Assembly: GCA_963729895.1 (NCBI GenBank)
Contig: CAVSQB010000032.1
Coordinates: 1 to 64,000, forward strand
Reading direction: 5' to 3'
DNA from: an uncultured Fibrobacterota bacterium
GTDB taxonomy: Bacteria; Fibrobacterota; Chitinivibrionia; Chitinivibrionales; FEN-1185
DNA length: 64,000 bases
The notes under the pieces are model-generated. The model saw only the letters and a program-made list of their open reading frames with translations. It searched no databases and was not told where the DNA came from. The translations under genes were made by a program, and so were the position numbers. Of the stretch, positions 17,023 through 26,917 are shown one piece after another (positions within the stretch are counted from its first letter, which is position 1; each line of letters opens with the position of its first letter).

Positions 17023-17124
17023 CATCGTAGCTACCACAACCCGCCGTAACAATACCGCCACGCCGGCAGTCTAATTGTTTCCTCACCCGTGAGCCCGGTC
17101 ATTTCACGGCCGAAAGGATTTTCC

Positions 17125-17955
17125 ATGAAGGTTTGCTGTCCGCTCGGTTTTCTCCTGGTTCTTCTATTTTTGTCAACATGTGAACGGCCGTATGTGATCA
17201 AAAGTGTCTGGACCGACTCTGAACTTTCCTGCAATGGGGACACAACACAATGGAAAGATGTCATACAGTATCCTGACAATCCCCAATTTGGCATTGGGGT
17301 CAAGAATGACGGCAAGTTTTTATACCTCCGCGTCGTATCATGGAAAGATCCGATCAACAAACAGATCCTGCGATTTGGATTCACGACATGGTTTACAAGT
17401 CCGTCAAAAAATGGAAAACGGTTCGGAATACATTTTCCAATTGCCAGGAAGAGGACGGCCGAGGAGAGGCGTGGGGATAAAGAGAACAGGCCTGATTCAG
17501 CAGAAATGAGGTCTCGGTGGGAAGAATCGCTTCAAGAAATGGAATTCCTCGGTCCTGAAAATAGCGACAGTATACCTGTCAAGACCAAGGTCGCCGAGTC
17601 AATGGGCATTGTCGTCGGATTGTTCCCTTCTCAGGAAAAGCTTATTTACGAAATGAAAATGCCCCTTCGGGAGGATTCCGTTTGCAAATATGCAATTGAT
17701 ATCGGGAAAGATTCGGTATTGAAAGTGGCATTCGAATCCGACATTCCAGAAATAGGTACGCACGGTCAGGGCGAGAGCCACGGTGGAGGCGCAGGCGGCG
17801 GAGGCAAGGGCGGTCGGGGCAGAGGTATGCACGGTGGAGGCGGCGGAATGCGAGGCGGTGGTGGAGAAGGAAGTCATGAACATGCAGCGGAAGCAGTACT
17901 GGAGCAGTTCAAGACGTCTTTTGCCATTACGCTTGCAAACAAGTTTGCAAAATAA
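17125..17955 (+). CDS. Hypothetical lipoprotein with Gly-rich segment
   Basis: Lipobox FLSTC; GVKNDGKFLYL segment; Gly/Arg-rich tail. Confidence 0.75.
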   Translation: MKVCCPLGFLLVLLFLSTCERPYVIKSVWTDSELSCNGDTTQWKDVIQYPDNPQFGIGVKNDGKFLYLRVVSWKDPINKQILRFGFTTWFTSPSKNGKRFGIHFPIARKRTAEERRGDKENRPDSAEMRSRWEESLQEMEFLGPENSDSIPVKTKVAESMGIVVGLFPSQEKLIYEMKMPLREDSVCKYAIDIGKDSVLKVAFESDIPEIGTHGQGESHGGGAGGGGKGGRGRGMHGGGGGMRGGGGEGSHEHAAEAVLEQFKTSFAITLANKFAK

Positions 17956-18317
17956 CTTTTTCGGACGGCTGAATTGATCTTCCTAATGGCATAAAGACAT
18001 TGCTTTATGTGTATTCTCAATCATGAGGAGGCCGCATTCCTGCTTGCCCTTGACGGTGGAAATAAAGATATCGTACCGCGTTTTGGTAAGGGTTGGGTAC
18101 TTTTGTATCCGGCCCTGTAATACGTTATTGTATTCCAATATTTCTTTCATTAAAACTTGAAAATACATTTGCACACAACCTTGCTTTTTTGCAAATTTGT
18201 AACACGATTTTAGTTCCCACCCCGTAATTCTGTTCGTTGACAGCTTCCGCTTCATTTACTAATGGTTGAAAGCATTGGCTTTGATTCGCAGTGTTTCTTA
18301 GAAAAGCAAATTGCCTT

Positions 18318-18806
18318 ATGAGCCATTTCAAGATTCTCGTTGCCGAAGGCGATTCGGATATCAGCGAACTTATAAAGACCATACTCTCTTCCCCGTCTTA
18401 TTCCATAACATGCGTCGACACCATCACCGAGGCATTTAGAAAACTAACGGAAGAAGAACCAGACCTTATTTTGGTAGATCTACTTACGCCCGAACTCGAC
18501 GGATGGAAATTCTATAAAGCCGTTCGAGCAAAACCTGTATTTGAATATACAAGAGTTGTCATTCTAACAGATTTGTTATTCATTCCTAAATACCACATCT
18601 TACCTGCAGATCTGGTCATGGAAAAGCCCTTCGAGCTTGACGAACTAAGAGCGAACGTGAAGAATTTGCTTTCTGCAGAGAAATCGCTGGATGTTTTCAG
18701 CTTGAAGCACCTCAAAGAACCAGACATTCGTACAAGGGCAAAAGCAATAAGAACCAAAATATTCACGGATTGTTGTAACACGGAAGCCGAAACAATTGTC
18801 CAATAA
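18318..18806 (+). CDS. Response regulator receiver protein
   Basis: KILVAE, PDLILVDL..P.LDG, KPF. Confidence 0.85.
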   Translation: MSHFKILVAEGDSDISELIKTILSSPSYSITCVDTITEAFRKLTEEEPDLILVDLLTPELDGWKFYKAVRAKPVFEYTRVVILTDLLFIPKYHILPADLVMEKPFELDELRANVKNLLSAEKSLDVFSLKHLKEPDIRTRAKAIRTKIFTDCCNTEAETIVQ

Positions 18807-18916
18807 GTGAATTATGGGTGCACCGAACGCAGGGGAATAATTAACAAGATTCAGAATGTAACAAGGAGTCTTGAAGAAGATCAATTTTCTTCAGATCTAA
18901 AAAGGAGGGTGATTTT

Positions 18917-19258
18917 ATGCATGTTTTTCTTCCAATATTTGCAGCAGCTTGTTTGGTGTTTTTCGGGTATTTTGCGATCTGGAGTTCGAGCCAACCAACG
19001 ACACCGAAGGGAATATCTTCTTTCGGAAGGATTTTGTCCATAATCTTATTTGTAATAGCCGGATTGGCGCTTCTATCCCCAATCGCCGTCAGACAGTTTC
19101 ATTGCGGTTGTAGGATGAATAATATGGAATTCCGCGGACATCCTGGTTTCATGGGACGCCCACAGGGGCCTTGGATGAATAGAATGCAAATGCCCGGAGA
19201 CAAAAACCGACCGGAAACTGTGCCTGAAGAAAAACCTGAAACTCCAGCTTCCAAATAA
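18917..19258 (+). CDS. Small two-TM membrane protein
   Basis: AGGAGG RBS; two hydrophobic segments. Confidence 0.7.
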   Translation: MHVFLPIFAAACLVFFGYFAIWSSSQPTTPKGISSFGRILSIILFVIAGLALLSPIAVRQFHCGCRMNNMEFRGHPGFMGRPQGPWMNRMQMPGDKNRPETVPEEKPETPASK

Positions 19259-19348
19259 AGGGAGGCTTTTTTCCTCTCGAAAACCTTCGAATGCAACATC
19301 CCGTTCCATGGCGAGATGTTGATAATGAAACGTTACGAATGTTTTGCA

Positions 19349-19383
19349 ACAGCGCTCCACGGGGAGGAGCGCTGTTCTTTTTC
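19349..19383 (+). terminator. Rho-independent terminator
   Basis: aacagcgctcc...ggagcgctgtt followed by a T run. Confidence 0.6.
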
Positions 19384-19527
19384 TATCGTTTTGTTAAAGA
19401 CCGTATTGCTTAAGGATATTATTGATATTTGCGTAATAGCATATTTTTGATACATGATACGAACGATGATTTATTTTGGTGGTTCATCCAGTCTCCTTCA
19501 AACTTCAATAAACATAGGAGGTTTTGT

Positions 19528-19716
19528 ATGGCAACAAAGCAAAAGACAACCGGCAAACCAAGTCCATCTTTTGGTCTCGATCAATTCAAATCGGAAATTG
19601 AGAAGCGAGCCAAGGAAATCTTTCTCAAGCGTCAGGCTACTAAGACTCCGGGAGATGCGCTGTCTGATTGGCTTCTGGCGGAAAAAGAAATAAAGGCGAA
19701 TCATCATATCGCCTAA
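19528..19716 (+). CDS. DUF2934-like small protein
   Basis: EIEKRAKEIF.KR...GDALSDWLLAEKE; AGGAGG RBS. Confidence 0.8.
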   Translation: MATKQKTTGKPSPSFGLDQFKSEIEKRAKEIFLKRQATKTPGDALSDWLLAEKEIKANHHIA

Positions 19717-20164
19717 AATCAGAGTCTCAAATCATAAAACAACGAAAGAGGGGCGTTCCCGAGGCACGTCAAGGAAATCGGCTAAGGGAGGCACCCGCGG
19801 CTCCCCCCTCCGGTGTCGGATTAACCGCTTCGGAACCTACCTGTAAACGCGTAATATCACCCATACGGCACTTCCTGACTAAGATTATTACATCCTGTGC
19901 GGCATTTTTGATCAACCCTGTCGACCTGCAGTGGTTTACTCATACCTTTTGGCGTTCCGGGGCCTGCGATCGGGGGGCCTGGATCCGCCCGGAAATCCCG
20001 CCAAATAGTTCCAGATGGGGGAGCATCGAGCAGGCAGGCCTCCTTTTGCGCGAAAGTTTTGAGGGGCACCTAAAGTAGGCCACCTTCAAGATTTTGAAGA
20101 TGGATCGTCAAGAACACCTCAGCCGACTTTTTTCGCTGAGCTGGACCTATCGGGCGATTTCCCG

Positions 20165-20632
20165 CTATACAGGCATGCATCGGACCACGATAGCAGAAGT
20201 ACCGCATACAACAGGTTCAAAATGTACCTGACGCTCAATCTGACCAATTGACTCCGCAAATTGCTGTTCCGGCGAGAGTATCTTGTGGCTTCGATTTAAA
20301 CTCTCGAATAGGGAGATATGATGGAAATGGATCTCGACATTGCCGGCTTTGAACAAATTGGTGGCGTCGAACCTTGCTTTTGTCCCATCACTTGCGACAA
20401 TACGTAGAGTCCTTTTCGTATCTCGAAAACGCTTGACAACATTAGCCAGAACTGCAAATTCACCGTCGGTTATGAGTGTACCTTTTGTCAAATCGACAAT
20501 GATATCACGGTCCCTGGTGTCGGGTTTGCTCAGGGTCTCCAACATTGTCCTAAACTCAACGAAATTCTCTATTTCTTTCCTATTGTAGGCAACATAGTAG
20601 AAGCCCGGCTTTTTGAGGATTTTCAGAGGCAT
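20165..20632 (-). CDS. STAS-like (anti-sigma antagonist-like) protein
   Basis: IIVDLTKGTLITDGEFAVLANVVKRF...LRIV pattern. Confidence 0.6.
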   Translation of the reverse strand: MPLKILKKPGFYYVAYNRKEIENFVEFRTMLETLSKPDTRDRDIIVDLTKGTLITDGEFAVLANVVKRFRDTKRTLRIVASDGTKARFDATNLFKAGNVEIHFHHISLFESLNRSHKILSPEQQFAESIGQIERQVHFEPVVCGTSAIVVRCMPV

Positions 20633-20689
20633 ATGTTACTATACCATGGATAATAGAGTGATGAACCAAAGACATTGATCTCCGAATGC

Positions 20690-21166
20690 TTAGTTTTCTA
20701 CAGGCGTAACCGAAAAATCAAATTCCGCAGGTAGCAAATTATGATAGAATTCTCCTGAACGATTGACAAAGTTGGAAAGCAGCTGGTGATAAGGGATTCT
20801 TTCCTCTTCTCTATTCTTTGCAAGGATTACGGCCACGCTTTCTATCCAAGCGCATTCATTATCAAATACCTCTATATTGAGACTTTCGCAAAGTGCTCGC
20901 AAACCGGATTCATTTCTCTCGGGCCTAATTATGAGACAAAGGATCCCCTCGAAGCGTTGCACCATCCTTTCACAAATAACAAGCAAGCCCATCATCATGA
21001 TGTTGGAAGAGAGCGCCACTTCCAGGGAAATTGCCTGGCAACGGATCCCTTCCGAGAGACCGGACCGTACACTGTCAATGATCTGGTTGGTCTCGGGTTC
21101 AGAAATGCTTTCCGATGTCAGCCGCAGGATCTGGAATCCCGTTCTTTTATCGATGATGATACTCAT
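20690..21166 (-). CDS. Degenerate STAS-like protein
   Basis: MGLLVICERMVQRFEGILCLI pattern resembles STAS. Confidence 0.5.
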   Translation of the reverse strand: MSIIIDKRTGFQILRLTSESISEPETNQIIDSVRSGLSEGIRCQAISLEVALSSNIMMMGLLVICERMVQRFEGILCLIIRPERNESGLRALCESLNIEVFDNECAWIESVAVILAKNREEERIPYHQLLSNFVNRSGEFYHNLLPAEFDFSVTPVEN

Positions 21167-21321
21167 GAGACGTCGCTCTTCCGTATTTGGAATACACCAC
21201 ATCGAAATAATTAGTCACCAACTGTTATTATACCGGCAAAGGGGGGCAAAGTCAAGAGGTGTTTAATCGCTTAATCACTTGGGTCAAACGGCTAAAGAAG
21301 AACCGGTCGGGTCTGGCCGCA

Positions 21322-21374
21322 TGCAGATGCCCACGCCGGCGTTTTTAAGGGCTGTCAGGACCTGCCGGGCCATG
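21322..21374 (-). pseudogene. DUF72 paralog fragment (upstream part)
   Basis: RQVLTALKNAGVGIC, homologous to 13478-13530. Confidence 0.7.
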
Positions 21375-21387
21375 CATCGAGGAGCTG

Positions 21388-21768
21388 TCACACATGAGAA
21401 CGGATGATGCCGAGAGTGTGGGATATGAGTTCCTGATAGAAATTCGTCGACTTGTCGAAGACCCGGTACCGGTGGGGCGATTCCATTGCGGCGGACATAT
21501 TTCCAGTGATGACAACACCGTCAATTTCCGGGTGGAGTTTGTCGACTTCATCAAGAAGCTGCACGCCGGTAAGACCCGGCATGTTGAAATCGGTAATGAC
21601 GATTGCCGGGCGGATGTTGTCGATGATGATCTTCTTTAGGGCTTCGCGCGGGTCCTTATAGACAGCAATGTTTTTAAAACCGGCTAAACGCAACCGCTCG
21701 GCAATGGTATCGGCAATATCGGGCATATCGTCGACGATGATGATGAGGTCTGAAACTTTCTGAATCAA
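21388..21768 (-). CDS. Single-domain response regulator
   Basis: IIIVDD, VITDFNMPGLTG, VVITG; GGAGG RBS. Confidence 0.85.
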   Translation of the reverse strand: MIQKVSDLIIIVDDMPDIADTIAERLRLAGFKNIAVYKDPREALKKIIIDNIRPAIVITDFNMPGLTGVQLLDEVDKLHPEIDGVVITGNMSAAMESPHRYRVFDKSTNFYQELISHTLGIIRSHV

Positions 21769-21964
21769 TAGAACCTCCTTCGCTGTTGGAATACCGAAGA
21801 AGCGAAGGTACGCCGATACGAAGGATGATGCGACAAGCAGGCGGGGCGTGCCTTATAGGAAAGCCTGTGCAGGAGCGGCCGCAAGGAAGCGGAACGGACG
21901 GGAGGAATGCGGCAGTTTACGTTTAATATTTGTGTGTTTGCTTTGGATAATTGTGAATTTACTT

Positions 21965-23209
21965 CTAAGAAGCGGGGGGGGGGGGGGGGGTAATAAGTGC
22001 CTGCTCAATTACCCGAAGTAGTCCTTCTGTCAAGTATGGCTTCGCGAGCTTCCCCTTGAACCCGTATTTGTGAGGTTCGGCGAGAATGGGATCATCGGGA
22101 TATCCGCTGGACGCAATAACTTTTACCAAGGGATCGATCTTCAGCAATTCCTGCATGGTTCGTCTGCCGTCCATAGCGCCGGGAATTGTCAAATCTACAA
22201 TCACGAGATCAAAAGGCTTTTGCTCTGACAATGCTTTTTGGTACAAATCAATAGCTGCCGTGCCGTGGGTTGCGACGGCGACGGCGTATCCATTGTGGGA
22301 CAAGATTGCTTGAGAGATGTCGAGAATGTTTTCCTGATCGTCCATAACCAGAATTTTTCCATGACACGCATGAGATGTAAGTGATGGAATTGATGATTCA
22401 ACGCAAACAGAGGATTGAGTCGCCGGGAGAAAAATGGAAAAGGTAGCTCCCTTGAGCGCTTCGGAATCAACCTGTATATGGCCACCATGTTTTTTGATTA
22501 TCGAGTAAGCTGTTGCAAGCCCAAGGCCGCTGCCTTGCGGCTTGGTTGTGAAAAACGGATCGAAGATACGAGGAAGAATGTCCTTTGGAATTCCCATGCC
22601 CTGGTCGCTGATTGAAATTCTGACGTAGGGACATGGATGTAACGAGGGCGGAAGGGGAGCGCCGTCGGGAACATTGCTTGCGGATATAACGATGTTACCC
22701 CCGTGAGGCATAGCCTGGCGGGCGTTGATCAGAATGTTGTGAAGGACTTGTTCAATCTGGTACTTGTCGGCATCACAATTCCAGAGGTCATGAGGGATGT
22801 CTAATTCAGACGATACATTAGACCCGCTCAAAGCGAGTTGCGAGTTTTCCCGGAGAAGGGACGAGAGAGAGATTGTTGTCTTCGCCGCGATTCCGCCTTT
22901 AACACAAGTCAATAACTGTCGCGTGAGGGATTGGGCCGAATTGAAGGTCGAAATCGCGTTATCAAGATGGTGCGCCGCTTCCGATTCTCTTTCAATGCTT
23001 TCTTTTGCCAGGCTGATATAACCGAAGATGCCGGTAAGAAGATTGTTCAAGTCATGGGCAATGCCGCCGGCAAGAACGCCAAGACCTTCAAGCCGTTGGG
23101 CTCTTTGAAGCATTTCTTCCGGATTCATGCGCTCGGTAATGAGCGTGTAATCATCTTCCCGCTGCGGGAGAAGGGGGAGTTCTTGGTCTGACGCCATGCA
23201 AGACTCCAT
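21965..23209 (-). CDS. Hybrid histidine kinase (HisKA-HATPase-REC) without an evident sensor domain
   Basis: AGGIAHDLNNLL, NARQAM, DQGMGI, FDPFFTTK, GSGLGL, C-terminal receiver. Confidence 0.92.
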   Translation of the reverse strand: MESCMASDQELPLLPQREDDYTLITERMNPEEMLQRAQRLEGLGVLAGGIAHDLNNLLTGIFGYISLAKESIERESEAAHHLDNAISTFNSAQSLTRQLLTCVKGGIAAKTTISLSSLLRENSQLALSGSNVSSELDIPHDLWNCDADKYQIEQVLHNILINARQAMPHGGNIVISASNVPDGAPLPPSLHPCPYVRISISDQGMGIPKDILPRIFDPFFTTKPQGSGLGLATAYSIIKKHGGHIQVDSEALKGATFSIFLPATQSSVCVESSIPSLTSHACHGKILVMDDQENILDISQAILSHNGYAVAVATHGTAAIDLYQKALSEQKPFDLVIVDLTIPGAMDGRRTMQELLKIDPLVKVIASSGYPDDPILAEPHKYGFKGKLAKPYLTEGLLRVIEQALITPPPPPAS

Positions 23210-23559
23210 AAAGAAGCCACGATACGGGATCGGGCTTTGATGCCGTAATGAAAGAGCCTAATAGGAGAACCATTAGTATATCACGTCGGATGGTAGCTTG
23301 TAAAGATTTTTGTGGAAAAATCGGGGAACACGGACTGGAAAATCACTCGTCCGGTCAATTTCTGGCGGATTTATCGGTCATTTTGGAGCGGACCGGTAAA
23401 CTTAATTTCAATTATTCCATATGAATTATTCTTTCGGCAATTTTAATTGACTAATAACAGATATTGTCTTTGATTGAGCAAATAATAATCTATTTGCAAA
23501 CAACCGCTCAAAATGATATATTACAAGTGTTTCTGTATCTCTTTTAGTATCAATGTCTT

Positions 23560-23587
23560 ATGTCGCATAATGTATCTTATGTAACCT
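23560..23587 (+). other. dif: dif-like XerC/XerD recombination site
   Basis: ATGTCGCATAA-TGTATC-TTATGTAACCT, 11-6-11 layout similar to E. coli GGTGCGCATAA-TGTATA-TTATGTTAAAT; gene-strand bias differs on the two sides. Confidence 0.75.
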
Positions 23588-24295
23588 AACCCGGAAATAA
23601 CCCTCTTTTTCCCCCAATTTTAGCCCTTCTTGTATTTTGTGACCCTTGTCCAAAGTTATTCAGTATCTCATGAAGAAATTTGTCCACTACTTCGAAATGT
23701 CGCACTTCCTCAAGTACTGCGAAGCGCAGCGGGATGTCGCCTTGGTGGCCTTCGCGTCAAATAACTGAAGGATTCTTCCTTAGCCGCCCCTCGTCAGGGA
23801 CTTCACCCCGTCGGGTGCTTCGGCGCGTCGCCAAGGGTCGCCGATCTTTGTCGGCGGGGCTCTACTTCAGCAGCTCAAGGAAGTCAAGGAAAACGACTAT
23901 GAAATGCATTTCGTTATCGTGAAGATTTATAAAGGGTATGGTATGCCTCGCCTGTTTGTGCTTAGGACAATGCGGTCATTAACAGATTTATTTGCAAGCT
24001 GACATTACCATAACAAAGACAAAATAGCCTAAATACAAAATGCCATACCCAAACCAGCCTCGGCAAATCCAATTTAATTTCTTATCCTTTAATTTCAAAT
24101 ATTCCCTTCCATAAATAAATGAAAGCATCGCGACATTATTCTGCATCGTGTTATTTATGAGAAAGGTTGGAGAACCCAATAATTCCCATTTTTCATTATG
24201 ATTGTTTTTCAGATAGGATAAGAGGTAGAATGAGATGGTCGACTTTTCTTGACAGGAATTTCTGATTGCTTAGTTGGCCTTGCCTGTCTTGCTCG

Positions 24296-25138
24296 TCAAG
24301 CTGCCTTTGATAGCACTACCTCACCAATATACACTTCCATTGGATAGTTGTAAAGGAGGGACGAGTGCTCCCTCCGGTTGTTGTACCGTTCAAAGAACTC
24401 CGCAAGGCCGGTGCGGCACTCGGCAACGGAGCTGTACCCCCGTATGTAGATGTCGTCGTACTTGACCGTTCGCCACAGCCTCTCGACAAACACGTTATCC
24501 AGCGCCCGCCCTCGTCCGTCCATGCTGATCCGGATACCGCGTTCAAGGAGCACCGAGGTGAACTCCTCGCTGGTGAACTGACATCCCTGATCCGAGTTGA
24601 AGATTTCCGGTTCTCCGTACTTCGCCAGTGCCTCCTTGAGAACTTCGATGCAGAAGCCGCTGTCCAGCGAGGTCGACAGACGCCATGCAAGGACGCACCG
24701 ACTGTACCAGTCGATAACGGCGCAGAGGTAAGCGAAGCCGCCGTTGAGGCGGATGTAGGTGATATCGGTGCTCCACACCTGGTTGGGGTGGTTGACCACT
24801 ACGCCACGAAGCAGATACGGGTACTTCTTGTGTGCCTTATTGGGCTTCGAGGTGTTCAGGGCCCGGTAGATCGCGTGGAGGCCCATACGGGCCATCAGCC
24901 TGCGAATCTTGCTGCGCCCAACCTCCAGCCCAAACTGACGCCTCATGGCCGCCCGGAGCCTTCTGGTGCCCCGCGTGGGGTCATCGGTGAATAGCTCATC
25001 GATACGATCCATGAGCAACTTGTTCATCGGACTAGTCTGCGGCGTATAGTAAATCGAGGTCCGACAAATGGAAAGCAGCGAACACTGCCTCTTCAAAGTC
25101 AAGTCCTCGCTTGTAGAATCGGCCATCTTTGCTCTCAT
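24296..25138 (-). CDS. IS3 transposase OrfB (rve DDE)
   Basis: WSTDITYI, FNSDQGCQFTS, DNVFVERLWRTVKY. Confidence 0.95.
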   Translation of the reverse strand: MRAKMADSTSEDLTLKRQCSLLSICRTSIYYTPQTSPMNKLLMDRIDELFTDDPTRGTRRLRAAMRRQFGLEVGRSKIRRLMARMGLHAIYRALNTSKPNKAHKKYPYLLRGVVVNHPNQVWSTDITYIRLNGGFAYLCAVIDWYSRCVLAWRLSTSLDSGFCIEVLKEALAKYGEPEIFNSDQGCQFTSEEFTSVLLERGIRISMDGRGRALDNVFVERLWRTVKYDDIYIRGYSSVAECRTGLAEFFERYNNRREHSSLLYNYPMEVYIGEVVLSKAA

Positions 25139-25539
25139 AGCATGCCCAGCTTCCGCAAGTTTTTTTTTAGGAACTCGACATCCATGGTCAGCTCCCCGAC
25201 CTTGCGTGCATACTCATCGCGATCACCGCGAACGCGCTCAAGCTCTTGCTCGGCGTTCTTGTCTCCCGAAAAAGCCATCTGCGCGTTGCCAAGAAACTGC
25301 CTGCGCCACTGAGCTATCTGGTTGGGATGGACTTCGTACCGACTTGCCAAAACGGACAGCGGTTCGGCCTCCTTCAAGGCTTCCAGAACCACCTTCGTCT
25401 TCAGAGCGTCGTCGATCTTGCGGCGGGTCCGCTTGGCGGGGTTGCCATCGCTGTTCGGGGACATCGCGGCGGCCTTCGCTTGCTGCTTCCGGTTCATGTT
25501 GGACTCCTTTGATAATGAAAAAATACCCTCGGAATCCAA
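25135..25539 (-). CDS. IS3 transposase OrfA (HTH)
   Basis: KTKVVLEAL..LASRYEVHPNQIAQWRRQF; start may be ATG 25497. Confidence 0.9.
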   Translation of the reverse strand: MDSEGIFSLSKESNMNRKQQAKAAAMSPNSDGNPAKRTRRKIDDALKTKVVLEALKEAEPLSVLASRYEVHPNQIAQWRRQFLGNAQMAFSGDKNAEQELERVRGDRDEYARKVGELTMDVEFLKKNLRKLGML

Positions 25540-25712
25540 CTAAGAAACCATTATTTCCTGTTCAAAAATCCCGGACCATCTCAGAACGAGGCAGGTAAAA
25601 CCTCTCTGACATATGTAAAGTTGAAGTTAGGTTCATAAAAAATCAACAAGAGCGCTTCTGTTAGGACTATTTCAACAACCTGCTAGGAGTCTGCCAAGTT
25701 CTAGACCACCTG

Positions 25713-26069
25713 GTGGCCAGGTACGGAAAGCCGGAAGCTCTGTTGACTGATAACGGCCCGGAATTCCGGAGCAAAGAACTCATGCTCTGGGCAATACGAA
25801 ACCAGGTAAGGCAGGAATTCATTCAGCCCGGCAAGCCCAGCCAGAATGCTTTTGTAGAATCATTCAATTCGATATTCAGGGACCAATGCTTGAATGAAAA
25901 CTGGTTCATCTCATTAGAGGACGCAGAAAGAATAATCGAACATTGGAAGAACATTTACAACCGGATACGGCCACACGGATCACTAAAGGGGAAAACACCT
26001 GAAGAATACAGAGGTCAATTCAAAGAGAAAACTCCCATTTCGACTGAGAAAGTAATTGGGGTATAGCCA
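25713..26069 (+). pseudogene. Truncated IS3-family (IS407-like) integrase core with right end
   Basis: TDNGPEF, IQPGKPSQNAFVESFN, YNRIRPHGSL; ends ...GGGGTATAGCCA. Confidence 0.85.
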
Positions 26070-26579
26070 CCGAATCATGACCGATAACGAACGACCGGCG
26101 GGGGACAATGACGAAAAATAGTGGGATCGCACATCCCCATTCGAACGGGCGTTCGATTTATCATTGGTTTGGTTGATGTTTGCAGGGGCGTTCAATTTAT
26201 TGTCCGTTTTATTCCAATTCGTAGGGGCGTTCAATTGAACGCCCCTACAATTCGGTGTATCGTCATTTGAAAATTGAACGCCCCTACCACCACCATCGCG
26301 AATTTGTAGTATCCCGTGCATATGGTCCGGCATGATGACAAATTCATTCAACGTCACGTTCGGATAATGATACGGAATTTCCTGCCAATATTTTTTTGCG
26401 ATTTCACCGATGGGGGTCAATTGCAATGAACAATTGTCCGGGGGGTTGCCGTGTGGAACGGCCAATACGCATCGAATGTCATGCAAACAAATCGTCACGA
26501 AATAATACCCCGGCGCCGTGTAATCGTGCCCGTCCAGTCGCACGGATCTTCGGTGAAAGATTTCAGGGTTGAATAACAC
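26070..26579 (-). pseudogene. REP-associated tyrosine transposase (RAYT/Y1), C-terminally truncated by the IS3 fragment
   Basis: RRSVRLDGHDY..PGYYFVTIC and FVIMPDHMHGIL (HUH). Confidence 0.85.
26147..26288. repeat. REP-like palindromes inside the RAYT gene
   Basis: Perfect 28-bp palindrome gtaggggcgttcaattgaacgcccctac at 26221-26248 plus partial copies near 26147, 26182 and 26272. Confidence 0.8.
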
Positions 26580-26917
26580 AGCCCGCGTATTGTCATTTCA
26601 TTGTTAAGGGTATCATAGTTGCGCCTCGCGCCCTTTATTATGTCGTTTGCCCTTTCCCCGCCACTCGGGGCGGGGTTCTTCAAAAACGGCATCGCGTGAC
26701 GACCTGCCTTCCGGTTCTTCCGGTCCTCGGGTATCCTGCAGAATCGCACCTCGGGTAGGTTCACCTTATAAAATATTGCTTCCCACTGTCAAAACCTGAG
26801 AGTCCCGCTTTATTTTTCGTATTTCTTAATGGCGCTTTGGGGTGCCATGTTCCGTGCGACACTTCGCGGGCAGCCGTGCCGGTAATGACGGCGCCCCTTA
26901 TGTACTTCTTTGTTCGC

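Larger units (their letters stand above)
24231..25583 (-). mobile_element. Complete IS3-family insertion sequence (1353 bp)
   Basis: Terminal IRs begin TGAGATGGTC at both ends; 3-bp target duplication GAA (24228-24230, 25584-25586); orfA/orfB with A9 slippery run at 25160-25168. Confidence 0.92.

Noticed and set aside
19740..20160. Riboswitch or ncRNA in the GC-rich gap after DUF2934
   Set aside because: Lies between convergent genes; only scattered short stems and no recognisable aptamer consensus
21974..21990. Phase-variable on/off switch
   Set aside because: The homopolymer is within the last few codons, so slippage cannot inactivate the kinase
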